From the NCBI GenBank assembly GCA_963822445.1, contig CAWGHO010000002.1:992001-1056000 (forward strand): 64,000 nt of DNA. The letters are read 5' to 3'. Origin of the DNA: an uncultured Acidobacteriota bacterium (GTDB taxonomy: Bacteria; Acidobacteriota; Thermoanaerobaculia; Gp7-AA8). This document shows, one piece after another, positions 55,257 to 64,000 of the stretch; position 1 is the first letter of the stretch; each line of letters starts with the position of its first letter. The translations under genes were made by a program, and so were the position numbers. A model generated the notes under the pieces. It was not told where the DNA came from. It saw nothing but the letters and a program-made list of their open reading frames with translations, and searched no databases.

Positions 55257-56354
55257 ATGCGTAGGTTCCTCCATGGATTCATCGGAGCTGTGCTGGTTCT
55301 TGCCGTCGCGTTGCCGGCGGCTGCTGCAACTCCGTCCGAGTTCTACCTGACGATGCTGAGAAGAGGCGTCAGTGCGTACGACGCCGGACGCTACGACGCC
55401 GCGGTCGGACCGTTGAAGATCGCCGCTTTCGGTCTGCTCGATTCGATCGACCATTACCAGATCGCGCAGGCGCATCTCGCGCTGACGCACGATCGGATGG
55501 GCAACGCCGAGCTGTCGCGCGAAGCCGCGCACCGTCTCGTCGTCGCCGAGCGCATCCAGCCGCGATACGCGTCGATTCCGCTGTCGGCAGCGACCCGCGC
55601 GAACTTCGAGTCCCTCGCCCGCCGCGTTCTCACCGCCGCCGACCAGACCGTCCTCGGCCGCTCCGCGCAAAGCGTCACCACTCCGCAGGTTCAGCCGCCC
55701 GCGGCCACGAACCCGAAGCCGGTGCCGCCGGCTCCTGTGAAGACCGAGCCGGTCGTGACGAAGCCGCAACCGGCACCCGTGAAGACTGAGCCCGCGCCGG
55801 TCAAACCGGAACCCGTCCCGGTCAAGCCCGAGCCGGCGCCGGTCAAGGTCGATCCGCCCGCCGTCAAAACGGAGCCGCCGCCGGTCAAAATCGATCCGCC
55901 CGTCATCAAGACCGAACCGGCGCCGCAGAAGAACAATCCGCCGGCGCCCAGGCCGCAAACGACAAATCCGCCGCCCACCCGCACCCGCCCTCCGGCCAAC
56001 GTGCCCGCGAGCTTCACCGCCGCGGAGCAGGCTCTGAACACGGCGCGGCTGGTCGACGCCCGCGCGATCTACCGCGAGCTGCTCGATTCTCCGTCGCTTG
56101 AGCGAAGCGATCTCCTCCGGCTGGCCGAGGGGTTCTACCGGGCTCGCGACTTCGCCAATGCCCTTCGCGCGTTCGAGAAGATCGGCCCGCTGCGCCGCGG
56201 CGAAGAGCCTTTTCGCTACTACATCGCCGTCGCGTTGTATGAAACCGCGCAGTACCAGAAGGCCAAAGAAGAGCTGGCAGCGGTGCTTCCGTTCATCGAG
56301 CAGACGCCCGACGTGACCCGCTATCGGCTGAAGATCGAAGGCGCGGTCAATTAG
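55257..56354 (+). CDS. Secreted TPR-like protein with a Pro-rich heptad-repeat linker
   Basis: Signal peptide; helical N- and C-terminal domains joined by PVK[TP]EP[AV]/PVK[VI]DPP repeats (about 55730-55925). Confidence 0.8.
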   Translation: MRRFLHGFIGAVLVLAVALPAAAATPSEFYLTMLRRGVSAYDAGRYDAAVGPLKIAAFGLLDSIDHYQIAQAHLALTHDRMGNAELSREAAHRLVVAERIQPRYASIPLSAATRANFESLARRVLTAADQTVLGRSAQSVTTPQVQPPAATNPKPVPPAPVKTEPVVTKPQPAPVKTEPAPVKPEPVPVKPEPAPVKVDPPAVKTEPPPVKIDPPVIKTEPAPQKNNPPAPRPQTTNPPPTRTRPPANVPASFTAAEQALNTARLVDARAIYRELLDSPSLERSDLLRLAEGFYRARDFANALRAFEKIGPLRRGEEPFRYYIAVALYETAQYQKAKEELAAVLPFIEQTPDVTRYRLKIEGAVN

Positions 56355-56429
56355 ATTCTTTCGCCCTTCCTCTCTTTTTGGTTAGAATCGCCGCCGATTC
56401 CAGCCGTTCCCATTTTGAAAAGGTGCGCA

Positions 56430-56888
56430 ATGAAAAAACTCGTCTTCGGGCTCGTTCTGCTCCTCACCGCGACCGCTGGGTTCGCCCAGACTCGTTCGAC
56501 TACTCCCGAGCTCACACCCCCGGCGAACGGCGAGGAATGGCTCAAGCTGAGCAGCACTGAGAAACTCTTCTGGGCGATCGGCTACTCGCAGGGATATCGC
56601 GAAGCCCTCGAGAAGATCGACGTGACCGCCGGCCCCACGTCCGCCTGCGCCGGTCTCGCCGAGCGCACCGAGCGCCAGACGTCGACGTCGGGCAAGGTCA
56701 GCGGCTTCGAGCTCGTCTCCGGTCTCGAGCGGTTCTACTCCGAGCCCGCGAACACGACCATCCCCATCGGCAGCGCGATCCGCATTTACCTGCTTCAGGC
56801 CAGCGGCAAAGATCAGACGACCATCCAGGAGCTGATCGACACCGCCCGTCTCCTCGGCCAGCAGGCGTCCGCTCGCCCGCGGCAGTAA
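56430..56888 (+). CDS. Secreted hypothetical protein
   Basis: MKKLVFGLVLLLTATAGFA-Q signal peptide; upstream TAGAAT. Confidence 0.8.
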   Translation: MKKLVFGLVLLLTATAGFAQTRSTTPELTPPANGEEWLKLSSTEKLFWAIGYSQGYREALEKIDVTAGPTSACAGLAERTERQTSTSGKVSGFELVSGLERFYSEPANTTIPIGSAIRIYLLQASGKDQTTIQELIDTARLLGQQASARPRQ

Positions 56889-57000
56889 AAATCAGTAGGC
56901 AGTAGGCAGTCCGCCGCTCACGCGGCTCGCAGCGGGCAGGCCGCCTACCGGCGGTCTTTAACTGCCCACTGCCCCCTGCCCGCTGCCTACCGTCCTCTGC
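56881..57000. repeat. Second inverted heptamer-repeat array (AGTAGGC / ACTGCCY)
   Basis: AGTAGGC x2 at 56894-56907; degenerate ACTGCCC-type units at 56961-56995. Confidence 0.75.
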
Positions 57001-57041
57001 GTTACACTCTCCGGTCATAAGGCTCCGGCCGGGAGGGTTGC

Positions 57042-57965
57042 GTGCGCACCAAGACAACCGCTGCCATCGTGACGATCGCGCTCGTGGGCGTCGTCGCATT
57101 TTCAGTGATCGGGCAGGAAGATCCGCTGCCGCCGGTCACGCCGAAAGCAAGCCTGGACCTCACCGCGATTCCGCTCGCCGAGCCGACCATCGTGCTCGCC
57201 GCCGAGCCGATTCGCGAGTACCGGCCGCCGACGCTCCTCGAGGCCGCGCGCCACAACGACTACATCACCTTTGACGCGCTGTATGCCGCGGCGAAGAAAC
57301 GCGGCGAGGACGTGTCGCAGTTCGATGCGCTGCACGAACTGTGGACGTATTCGGTCACCGATCCGATCGGCGCGTTTTACGGTCTCGAGTTGTACGAGCG
57401 CCTGAGTCGCGCCTATCCCGGCTACGCGAAGTACATCGAAGACTTCCGCGTCGTCGACAGCCGCGGCAACGTGTTCTATCCGACCAGCGAGACGCGGGCG
57501 TTTCTGCTCGATCGCGCCGTGGAAGGACGTCCCTCGCCGCGAGTGCTCGTGGCGGAAACGAAACCGGCGCCGGTACGCGCGACTCCGAAACGCACCGTCG
57601 TTGCGCCGGCACCTGTCGTTGAAAAGACAGCGCCGCCCGTTGTCGTTCCCGAGCCGATCGTCGTCGCGGAAACACCAGCAGTCGCGCCGCCGGTCGCCGA
57701 ACCGGTCGTGATCGCCGCGAAGGAAACCGCACCGGCGCCCGCGCCACTACCGGTTGCGGCCACCGTTCCGAACAAGACCGCCAGCCGCGGCATCCTGTTG
57801 ATGATCATCGGCCTGATCGGCGTCGGACTGCTCGCGCTGATCCTCCGCACGCCGCGGGAAGAGCCGCTCACCGTCATGCAACATCCGCACGTAAACAACG
57901 TCGAGCCGCTCAGGAAACCGCAGGCGACGGCGGGCGAGACTCGAGCGACCGGATCGCACGGATGA
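57042..57965 (+). CDS. Membrane-anchored hypothetical protein with Pro/Ala-rich stalk and C-terminal TM helix
   Basis: GGAGG RBS + GTG; N-terminal signal/TM, globular domain, PAPV-rich linker, TM GILLMIIGLIGVGLLALIL. Confidence 0.78.
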   Translation: MRTKTTAAIVTIALVGVVAFSVIGQEDPLPPVTPKASLDLTAIPLAEPTIVLAAEPIREYRPPTLLEAARHNDYITFDALYAAAKKRGEDVSQFDALHELWTYSVTDPIGAFYGLELYERLSRAYPGYAKYIEDFRVVDSRGNVFYPTSETRAFLLDRAVEGRPSPRVLVAETKPAPVRATPKRTVVAPAPVVEKTAPPVVVPEPIVVAETPAVAPPVAEPVVIAAKETAPAPAPLPVAATVPNKTASRGILLMIIGLIGVGLLALILRTPREEPLTVMQHPHVNNVEPLRKPQATAGETRATGSHG

Positions 57966-60900
57966 GCTGCCGCCCTTCGACCGGCTTCACGAAGTAATCC
58001 TCCGCGCCGAACGCCAGGGCCAGCTCGCGGTTGTCGAGAATCGAGACGATGATCACCGGCACGCTCGCCGTGATCGGGTCACCTTTCAGCGTCCGCAAAA
58101 CCTGCCAGCCCTCGACGCCCGGAAGCACGACGTCGAGCGTGATGGCCATCGGACTCACGACGCGCGCAAGCCTCAGCGCTTCCTCGCCCGTTCGCGCGCG
58201 AATCGGAACGTAGCCCGCCGATCGCAGGTCGTTGCTCAGCGTCGCGAACGACTCGTCTTCATCCTCGACCACGAGCACGCGCGCGCCTGCAGGAATCAGC
58301 ACGCCGTCTGGACCGACGATCGGACTGGGAATGGCCGTGCCGCGGAAGCGCAGGGGCAGGGTGAACGTGAATTCGCTCCCCGCGCCGACGACGCTCTTCG
58401 CCGAGACCGTTCCGCGCTGCAGCTCGACGAACTTCCTCACCAGCGACAACCCCAGCCCGGTACCGCCATGCACGCGGTTGATGCTCGAGTCGACCTGCCG
58501 GAACTCGTCGAAGATCACCTCGAGATGCTCGGCGGCGATGCCGGTCCCCCGATCAATCACCGACACCGCGAGCGTCTCCGTTTCGGCGATGCGGCGCGCG
58601 CGAATCGTCACCGTCGATCCGGCCGGTGAGAACTTCACCGCGTTCGAGACGAGGTTGTAGAGGATCTGCTTGAACTTCGCGAGGTCGGTCTCGATCTCCG
58701 CAACGTCATCGGCGACGTCGATCGCGAACGAGACCTGCTGCTTCGCGGAAAGGCCGCGCATGACCTGCGTAACGCTGTCGATCGCCGCGCGAACGGAGAA
58801 GGTCTCCGGATACAGCTCCATCTTCCCCGCCTCGACCTTCGAGAGGTCGAGGATGTCGTTGATGATGTTCAGCAGGTGCTGTCCCGACTGCAGGATCGAG
58901 CGGAGGAAGCCGAGATACTTCGGCTCGATCTGGCCGTGCAGGCGCTCGGTGAGGATCTCCGAGAAACCGATGATCGCGTTCATCGGCGTGCGCAGCTCGT
59001 GGCTCATGTTCGCCAGGAAGATGCTCTTGGCGCGATTGGCGTCCTGAGCCTGCTCGTTCTTCAGCTGCAGCTCGCGCAGGATCCGCGCACGTGAGATCGC
59101 CGACACGGCGTGCTCGCGCATGCGCGCCAGCTTCTGCAGATCGGATCTGCCGAACGCGTTCTCGTCGGTGAAGTTGTCGAAGATGAGGAAGCCTTCCGTG
59201 CGGCCGCCCAGGGTCACGGCCATGGCCAGCATCGACTTCGGTTTGGGGAGGTGCGCGGTCTTGTCGGCCGCGGCGAGATGGCGGAAGTCGGCGGAGCGGA
59301 TCAGATACACGCCCTCGCTGAGCTGCTCGGCGTGCTCGGAGTAGCGGCGCGTGGCCTCTTCGAACGTCAGCGAAACGCCTTTGAACAGCTCGGGATCGTA
59401 GCCCGACGCCGCGGCGACTTCCGTCCGTTGATGCTCGTGGTCGAACTTGAGAAAGACCGCTTTCTCGGCGTTCGGGAAGAGCTTCATCCCCTGCTCGAGA
59501 ATCCGCTCCAGCACGCGCTCGAGGACGACCTCGCGATTGATGATCTCGACGATCTGGTCGATCGTCTCCAGCTCACTGGCCTGCGCCCGAATCTCCTCGG
59601 TGCGAGCCATGACCAGGTCTTCCAGCGCGCGATTGCGCCGCTGCAACTGGGCCATGCGCAGCAGGTTGAAGATCCACAGCAGGATCGCCAGAGCGACCGC
59701 GTACAACAACACTGCCCACCAACGGAACCCGACCGGCGGCTTGATGGAGAAGCTGTACGACGCCGGCTTCGACCAGAGCCCATCCGCGTTGCGGGCCTTG
59801 ACCTGAAACACGTACCGGCGATCGAACAGATACGCCGGCAGGTTGGTGTAGCGGATCTTCACGTCCGTCGTTTCGGCCGACCAGCCGCGATCGAATCCGG
59901 CCAGGCGCGTCTGGTAACGGACCCGGGCCTCGTCGGTGAAGGTGAGCGCGGCGTATTCGAAATCGACTTCGTTGTCCGCGCCGATCCTCACGCCGCGCAA
60001 ACGGACGATCGGCTCGACGCGGTTCGTTTCACGCGCGGCAGGATTGAACATCGACACGCCGCTCGGCGTCGCGAGGTAGACCAATCCGTTGGGGCCCGTC
60101 GCCACCGGTCCGTTGGCCCAGGCTTCGTCGTCGACCAGGCCATCCGACTTCGTGACGCGCATGCCCGGCTCGAGCGTCGTGTCGTTGATCGCGACGAGGC
60201 CGCGGTTGTCGCTCGCCCAGACGCCGCGGCCGTCCGTCGCGACAGCCATCCCGATCACCGGCTGGTTTTTGATGACGTCGATGGTGCGCGCCCCGTCGAG
60301 CACCGACAACCCCGCACCGCTTCCGACCCACATCCGCCCTTTGTGAAAGAGCAGCGAGCGGATGTTGTTCGTCGGCGCGCCGTTCGCGGTGGTCCACACT
60401 GGCTTGAACGTGTTCGCCGTGCGATTCAACGGCGTGGTCGATCGATACAAACCGCTGTCGATCGTGCCGACCCAGAGATATCCGCGATCGTCGAGAGCGA
60501 GGCTGTTCGACGGAACCTTCAAAATCAAGCGCCGCCCGCCGTCGTCGCAACCCACGCCCCAGCTTCCGGCGAAGCACATCTGATCCCCGAACCTCCGAAC
60601 CGCGTACGTCGCTTCGGACGGATAGGCGGTGACCCTTCCTCCTTCGAGACTGTTCAAGCCCGCGGACGTGGCAATCCACATCCTCCCCTGCACGTCCTCG
60701 CCGAGGGCGTAGACCTGGTTGGAGAGGAGTCCGTCGGATGCGCGCCACGTCCTCGATTCGCGTCCCTTGATCGTGATCACGCCGCCGCCGGTCCCGATCC
60801 ACAGCTCGCCGGGCTTCGGCAGCACCGCGAACGCACTCGGGTCGGGCAACGCCGGCGAGGAGCGCGCCGTGTACGAACTGAACGCGCGATATCCCTTGCG

Positions 60901-61836
60901 CAGCCGCGAGGCGCCGGAGTTCTGTCCGAACCAGAGGTTCTCCTCGCGGTCCTCGAGGAGCGTCCAGAGCGTGTCCCCGAGGAGCCCGCTCGTGCGCGTG
61001 ACGACCAGACGCTCGTCGGGATTGCGGGGATCGAGACGAATCGCACCGGTGCCGAGGCTGGCCGCCCACAATTCGCCGCTGCGCGTGGAAAGGAGCGCGA
61101 CGATGCGCTCGGTCAGGTCGCGATTCACCACGATCGCGCTGTTGCCTTCGAGCTTCCAGATCGAGCCGTCGAGACTTCCACCCCACAACGTGCCATCGCC
61201 CGTCTCCGCGAATGCGATCGCCGGAGAGGCCGTGCGCGCGACCTCGCGGAACCGGCTGCCGTCGAACACATTGACCGTCGTTCCCTGCGAGGCGATGACC
61301 GTTCCGTCGCGCCGCACGAAGAGCGCTCCTGCGCCGAGATCGGCAACGCGCTGGCTTTCGATCTGCGCTCCGGCCCGATAGCGCACGATCGCGTTCTGGG
61401 TCGCCACCCACACCCACCCGTCCTTCGCGGCGACGATGCAATTGCGGCGGATTCGCGAGGGCGGAAGGCCTTTCGAGATGAAGCGGACGCGCTCGCCAGG
61501 CCGGTAGTCGCCCAGCGGCCTGTCCGAAACGACCAGCCCGGCCTCGGAACCGACCCAAAGCCGCCCGTTCGCGTCTTCCACGAGTTCCCGTACGGTCAGA
61601 TCGGCCAGCCCGTCGGCCACGCCGTAGCTCTCCATCGAATGGCCGTCGTACCGGGAAATGCCGGTCGAATAGAACGCCAGCCAGATGTATCCCTGCCGGT
61701 CCTGGATGATTTTCTGGACGCTCGCTGACGAGAGCGGAACGGCCTGTCCGCCGGGGGTGAAGTGGGTGAAAGGCAGCTCCTGTCCCAGCAGCGGGAGGGC
61801 GATCGCGAGAGCCACGAGCGCGCGCTTGAGGGACAT
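57910..61836 (-). CDS. Hybrid sensor kinase: periplasmic beta-propellers + Y_Y_Y, TM, GAF, HisKA, HATPase, REC
   Basis: Start re-called to MSLKRALVAL; repeated D..G.[IL]W, DGL motifs; Y..L.GFD..W..Y.NL; FLANMSHELRTP, NLVSNAVKF, GTGLGL; C-terminal REC. Confidence 0.93.
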   Translation of the reverse strand: MSLKRALVALAIALPLLGQELPFTHFTPGGQAVPLSSASVQKIIQDRQGYIWLAFYSTGISRYDGHSMESYGVADGLADLTVRELVEDANGRLWVGSEAGLVVSDRPLGDYRPGERVRFISKGLPPSRIRRNCIVAAKDGWVWVATQNAIVRYRAGAQIESQRVADLGAGALFVRRDGTVIASQGTTVNVFDGSRFREVARTASPAIAFAETGDGTLWGGSLDGSIWKLEGNSAIVVNRDLTERIVALLSTRSGELWAASLGTGAIRLDPRNPDERLVVTRTSGLLGDTLWTLLEDREENLWFGQNSGASRLRKGYRAFSSYTARSSPALPDPSAFAVLPKPGELWIGTGGGVITIKGRESRTWRASDGLLSNQVYALGEDVQGRMWIATSAGLNSLEGGRVTAYPSEATYAVRRFGDQMCFAGSWGVGCDDGGRRLILKVPSNSLALDDRGYLWVGTIDSGLYRSTTPLNRTANTFKPVWTTANGAPTNNIRSLLFHKGRMWVGSGAGLSVLDGARTIDVIKNQPVIGMAVATDGRGVWASDNRGLVAINDTTLEPGMRVTKSDGLVDDEAWANGPVATGPNGLVYLATPSGVSMFNPAARETNRVEPIVRLRGVRIGADNEVDFEYAALTFTDEARVRYQTRLAGFDRGWSAETTDVKIRYTNLPAYLFDRRYVFQVKARNADGLWSKPASYSFSIKPPVGFRWWAVLLYAVALAILLWIFNLLRMAQLQRRNRALEDLVMARTEEIRAQASELETIDQIVEIINREVVLERVLERILEQGMKLFPNAEKAVFLKFDHEHQRTEVAAASGYDPELFKGVSLTFEEATRRYSEHAEQLSEGVYLIRSADFRHLAAADKTAHLPKPKSMLAMAVTLGGRTEGFLIFDNFTDENAFGRSDLQKLARMREHAVSAISRARILRELQLKNEQAQDANRAKSIFLANMSHELRTPMNAIIGFSEILTERLHGQIEPKYLGFLRSILQSGQHLLNIINDILDLSKVEAGKMELYPETFSVRAAIDSVTQVMRGLSAKQQVSFAIDVADDVAEIETDLAKFKQILYNLVSNAVKFSPAGSTVTIRARRIAETETLAVSVIDRGTGIAAEHLEVIFDEFRQVDSSINRVHGGTGLGLSLVRKFVELQRGTVSAKSVVGAGSEFTFTLPLRFRGTAIPSPIVGPDGVLIPAGARVLVVEDEDESFATLSNDLRSAGYVPIRARTGEEALRLARVVSPMAITLDVVLPGVEGWQVLRTLKGDPITASVPVIIVSILDNRELALAFGAEDYFVKPVEGRQLIRAIRSLESRPPSPAVS

Positions 61837-61881
61837 GGCCGTCAGGGTAACCCGCTGTCCCATTGTCCGTACAATCGATGT

Positions 61882-62988
61882 GTGGCGCGCCTCCGCGATT
61901 GGCTGGACCTCGGCAAGAGCACCGTCTCGTCCCTGACGACGAACGACGTGGCCAATCTGTATTCGCTGGAATGGCCGGAAACGAAGAAGCGGCTCATCGC
62001 CGAGCACCAGGAAGGCATCGACAGCGATCCCCAGCGGCTCCGCCGGTGGATGCGCACGGTCAGCGCGATTTTCTTCGGCCTGGCCAAGCGGCTGGCACCG
62101 CACCGGCGCGTGCTGTTCGTGGTCTCGTTCCTGTTCTTCTTCGTCTGCGTCTTCTCGATCGCGAAGAACATGTCTTCGCCGCCGATCTGGACGTTCATCG
62201 AGCTCTCGGCGACGTTCATGGTCATGACCCTGCTGCTGGCGATGGAGCTGATCGACAAGATCAAGTTCCGCGATGAGCTGCAGCTCGCCCGCGACCTGCA
62301 GGCCAGCCTGATTCCGGCGGTGATGCCGAAGACCGAGGAGTGGGACATCGCCGCGTTCAACCGGATCGCGAACACCGTCGGCGGGGACATCTACGACTTC
62401 GTTCCGATGCCGAGCGGGCAGGTCGCCGTGCTGTTCGGCGACGCATCGGGACACGGGATGGCCGCCGGGCTGGTGATGGCCGTCGCGCACGCCGCGTTTC
62501 GCACGCAGCTCGAGGTCGAAGCGTCGCCGCCGGCGATCATGGCCTCGCTGAACCGCATCCTCTGCCGCACGGGCGGATCGCGATCGTTTTTCTCCTGCGT
62601 CTACTTCCTGTTCTCGCCGGACGGCACGTTCCTGGCGACGATCGCCGGCCATCCGCCGATCCTGAAAATCGACGCGGCCGGCAAAGTCACCGAGCGCCTC
62701 GGCCGCGGCGCATATCCGCTTGGCGTGAAGACGGGGCTGACGTGGGAAACGATCGGCGGCACGCTCGAGCGCGGCGAGAAGCTGCTCTTCCACTCGGACG
62801 GTCTGAGCGAGTCGCAGAATGCGATGGGACGCGAATTCGGCGACGAGTACATCGAGATCATCCCCGGCTGGCATCCCGAGGCCTCCGCGGCGGCGCTGGT
62901 GGAGAGCGTCGTTTCCGAGTGGCGCGTGTTCATGGGCGATCAGCCGCCCGAGGATGACGTCAGCGTCACGGTGATCGCCCGGCGCTGA
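61882..62988 (+). CDS. Membrane PP2C-family (SpoIIE/RsbU) Ser/Thr phosphatase
   Basis: Two TM helices; VGGDIYD, GDASGHG, AGHPP, HSDGL.E, EDDVSV. Confidence 0.92.
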   Translation: MARLRDWLDLGKSTVSSLTTNDVANLYSLEWPETKKRLIAEHQEGIDSDPQRLRRWMRTVSAIFFGLAKRLAPHRRVLFVVSFLFFFVCVFSIAKNMSSPPIWTFIELSATFMVMTLLLAMELIDKIKFRDELQLARDLQASLIPAVMPKTEEWDIAAFNRIANTVGGDIYDFVPMPSGQVAVLFGDASGHGMAAGLVMAVAHAAFRTQLEVEASPPAIMASLNRILCRTGGSRSFFSCVYFLFSPDGTFLATIAGHPPILKIDAAGKVTERLGRGAYPLGVKTGLTWETIGGTLERGEKLLFHSDGLSESQNAMGREFGDEYIEIIPGWHPEASAAALVESVVSEWRVFMGDQPPEDDVSVTVIARR

Positions 62989-63007
62989 CTGTGCATGCCC
63001 TCACGGC

Positions 63008-64000
63008 ATGCCGCGGCCGCTGACTGTGCTCCTCGACGTCACCGATCGCTGCAACCTCCGCTGCGTGATGTGCCACTTCGCGAACGTCGACCGGATCGGT
63101 TTTCCGCCGTTCGATCTGCCGCATGGCGCGATGCCGGTGGAGCTCTTCGAGAAGATCGCCGCTGATTTCTTCCCGCAGGCACATCGCGTCGGACTGGCCT
63201 GCGCTGCCGAACCGCTGATGCACCCACGATTCGCGCAGTTGATCGAGATCGCCGGCCGTCATCGCGTGCCGCAGTTGTGGTTTCCGACGAACCTTCTCGC
63301 GCTGACCGAGCCGGTTGCCGACGCAATTGCGAAGCATGTCCATACGGTCGCAGTGTCGATCGATGCAACGCGCCGCGAGACGTACGAGCGGATTCGCACC
63401 GGCGCGCGCTGGGACCTCCTGCTGGCGAAGTTGAAGATGTTGCGCAAGGTGAAATTGCGTTTCAGCTTCGCCTGGATGCGCTCGAACCGGAACGAGCTGC
63501 GCGAGCTGCCCGCGTTTGCCGCGGACCACGGCGCGTCGGAGCTGGATGTGCGCATGGTCGCGCCGACGGACGGCGTGGACGTGTCACGCGAACTGCTTTC
63601 GGATGAGGATCCGCGCGCTTTGCGAGCGGAACTGGCGGTCGTCGCACGCGATGCCGTTCGTCGCGGTCTGACTCTCGCCGCGTTTCCGCAGTTCGACGAG
63701 CGGCCGCGCGGCTTCCTCGATCGCGCGGCCTGGCGCTTCTGGCGCATCCGCGCCGGCCTCGATCGCATCGAGCACCTCGGCATCGCCAGACACGAACGCG
63801 AGATCGGCTGCCGGTATCCCGGTCGCAATTACGTGATCCGCCCCAGCGGCGCGGTGTTCCCCTGTCACTACTTCGACCAGCCGCTCGGGTTCGCCGGAAA
63901 AGAGCCGATGCTCGACATCGCCCGCCGCGTGAAGCCGATCAGCGAAGGATTGCAGTGCGGCGCGCCGGTGGGTGCGTGTGGAACGTGCGGAAATCGGAAA
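63008..64000 (+). CDS. Radical SAM protein with SPASM/twitch-like C-terminal domain (3' truncated; absent from ORF track)
   Basis: MPRPLTVLLDVTDRCNLRCVMCHF (CxxxCxxC), EPLMHP, VSIDA...TYERIR; C.YP....IRPSGAVFPC ... CGTC; open to the window end. Confidence 0.9.
   Translation, partial: MPRPLTVLLDVTDRCNLRCVMCHFANVDRIGFPPFDLPHGAMPVELFEKIAADFFPQAHRVGLACAAEPLMHPRFAQLIEIAGRHRVPQLWFPTNLLALTEPVADAIAKHVHTVAVSIDATRRETYERIRTGARWDLLLAKLKMLRKVKLRFSFAWMRSNRNELRELPAFAADHGASELDVRMVAPTDGVDVSRELLSDEDPRALRAELAVVARDAVRRGLTLAAFPQFDERPRGFLDRAAWRFWRIRAGLDRIEHLGIARHEREIGCRYPGRNYVIRPSGAVFPCHYFDQPLGFAGKEPMLDIARRVKPISEGLQCGAPVGACGTCGNRK

Noticed and set aside
55730-55925. 21-nt tandem repeats
   Set aside because: Degenerate coding repeats for a Pro-rich linker; no sign of a separate element.
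59110-61728. 872-aa plus-strand ORF and similar long shadow ORFs (e.g. 1249-2550, 3979-5268, 25546-27228, 42574-44187, 52251-53840)
   Set aside because: Stop-poor antisense or alternate frames of well-supported genes, expected in high-GC DNA.
61837-62874. N-terminal 346 aa of the 1654-aa kinase ORF
   Set aside because: It is the antisense shadow of the PP2C gene; the signal peptide begins at 61836.

Overview
GC-rich, gene-dense bacterial chromosomal window with no phage, integrase, transposase or CRISPR array. Gene content suggests Acidobacteriota, possibly Thermoanaerobaculia (inference only). Housekeeping and regulatory content: an ECF sigma/anti-sigma trio, cysK, nadC, ssrA (tmRNA, tag ANNDFALAA), kup, moaA, several two-component and c-di-GMP genes, a YtrA/GntR-led eight-gene double-ABC operon with a perfect palindromic operator, and many secreted proteins. 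Highlights: (1) three unrelated signal-peptide-bearing proteins end in the same 7-residue tail R-R-R-[AS]-[VT]-x-[HK]-stop, written with different codons, a candidate undescribed C-terminal sorting signal. It occurs alongside an IPTL-CTERM protein and a subtilase with a triple RAxHxxELR C-terminal repeat. (2) A Sec-type Rhs polymorphic toxin locus has four Cys-paired N-terminal repeats, a metzincin (HExxHxxGxxH) tip, two eroded cassettes starting at the same YNxFRWYR junction, and an orphan module with a Cys-rich helical-hairpin tip. (3) A REPIN-like palindrome occurs once intergenically and once in frame inside an ABC-permease/M1-peptidase gene. (4) Heptamer-repeat and stacked long hairpins, many apparently leaderless starts, and one frameshifted secreted-protein gene. 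Starts were re-called by eye and no searches were run.
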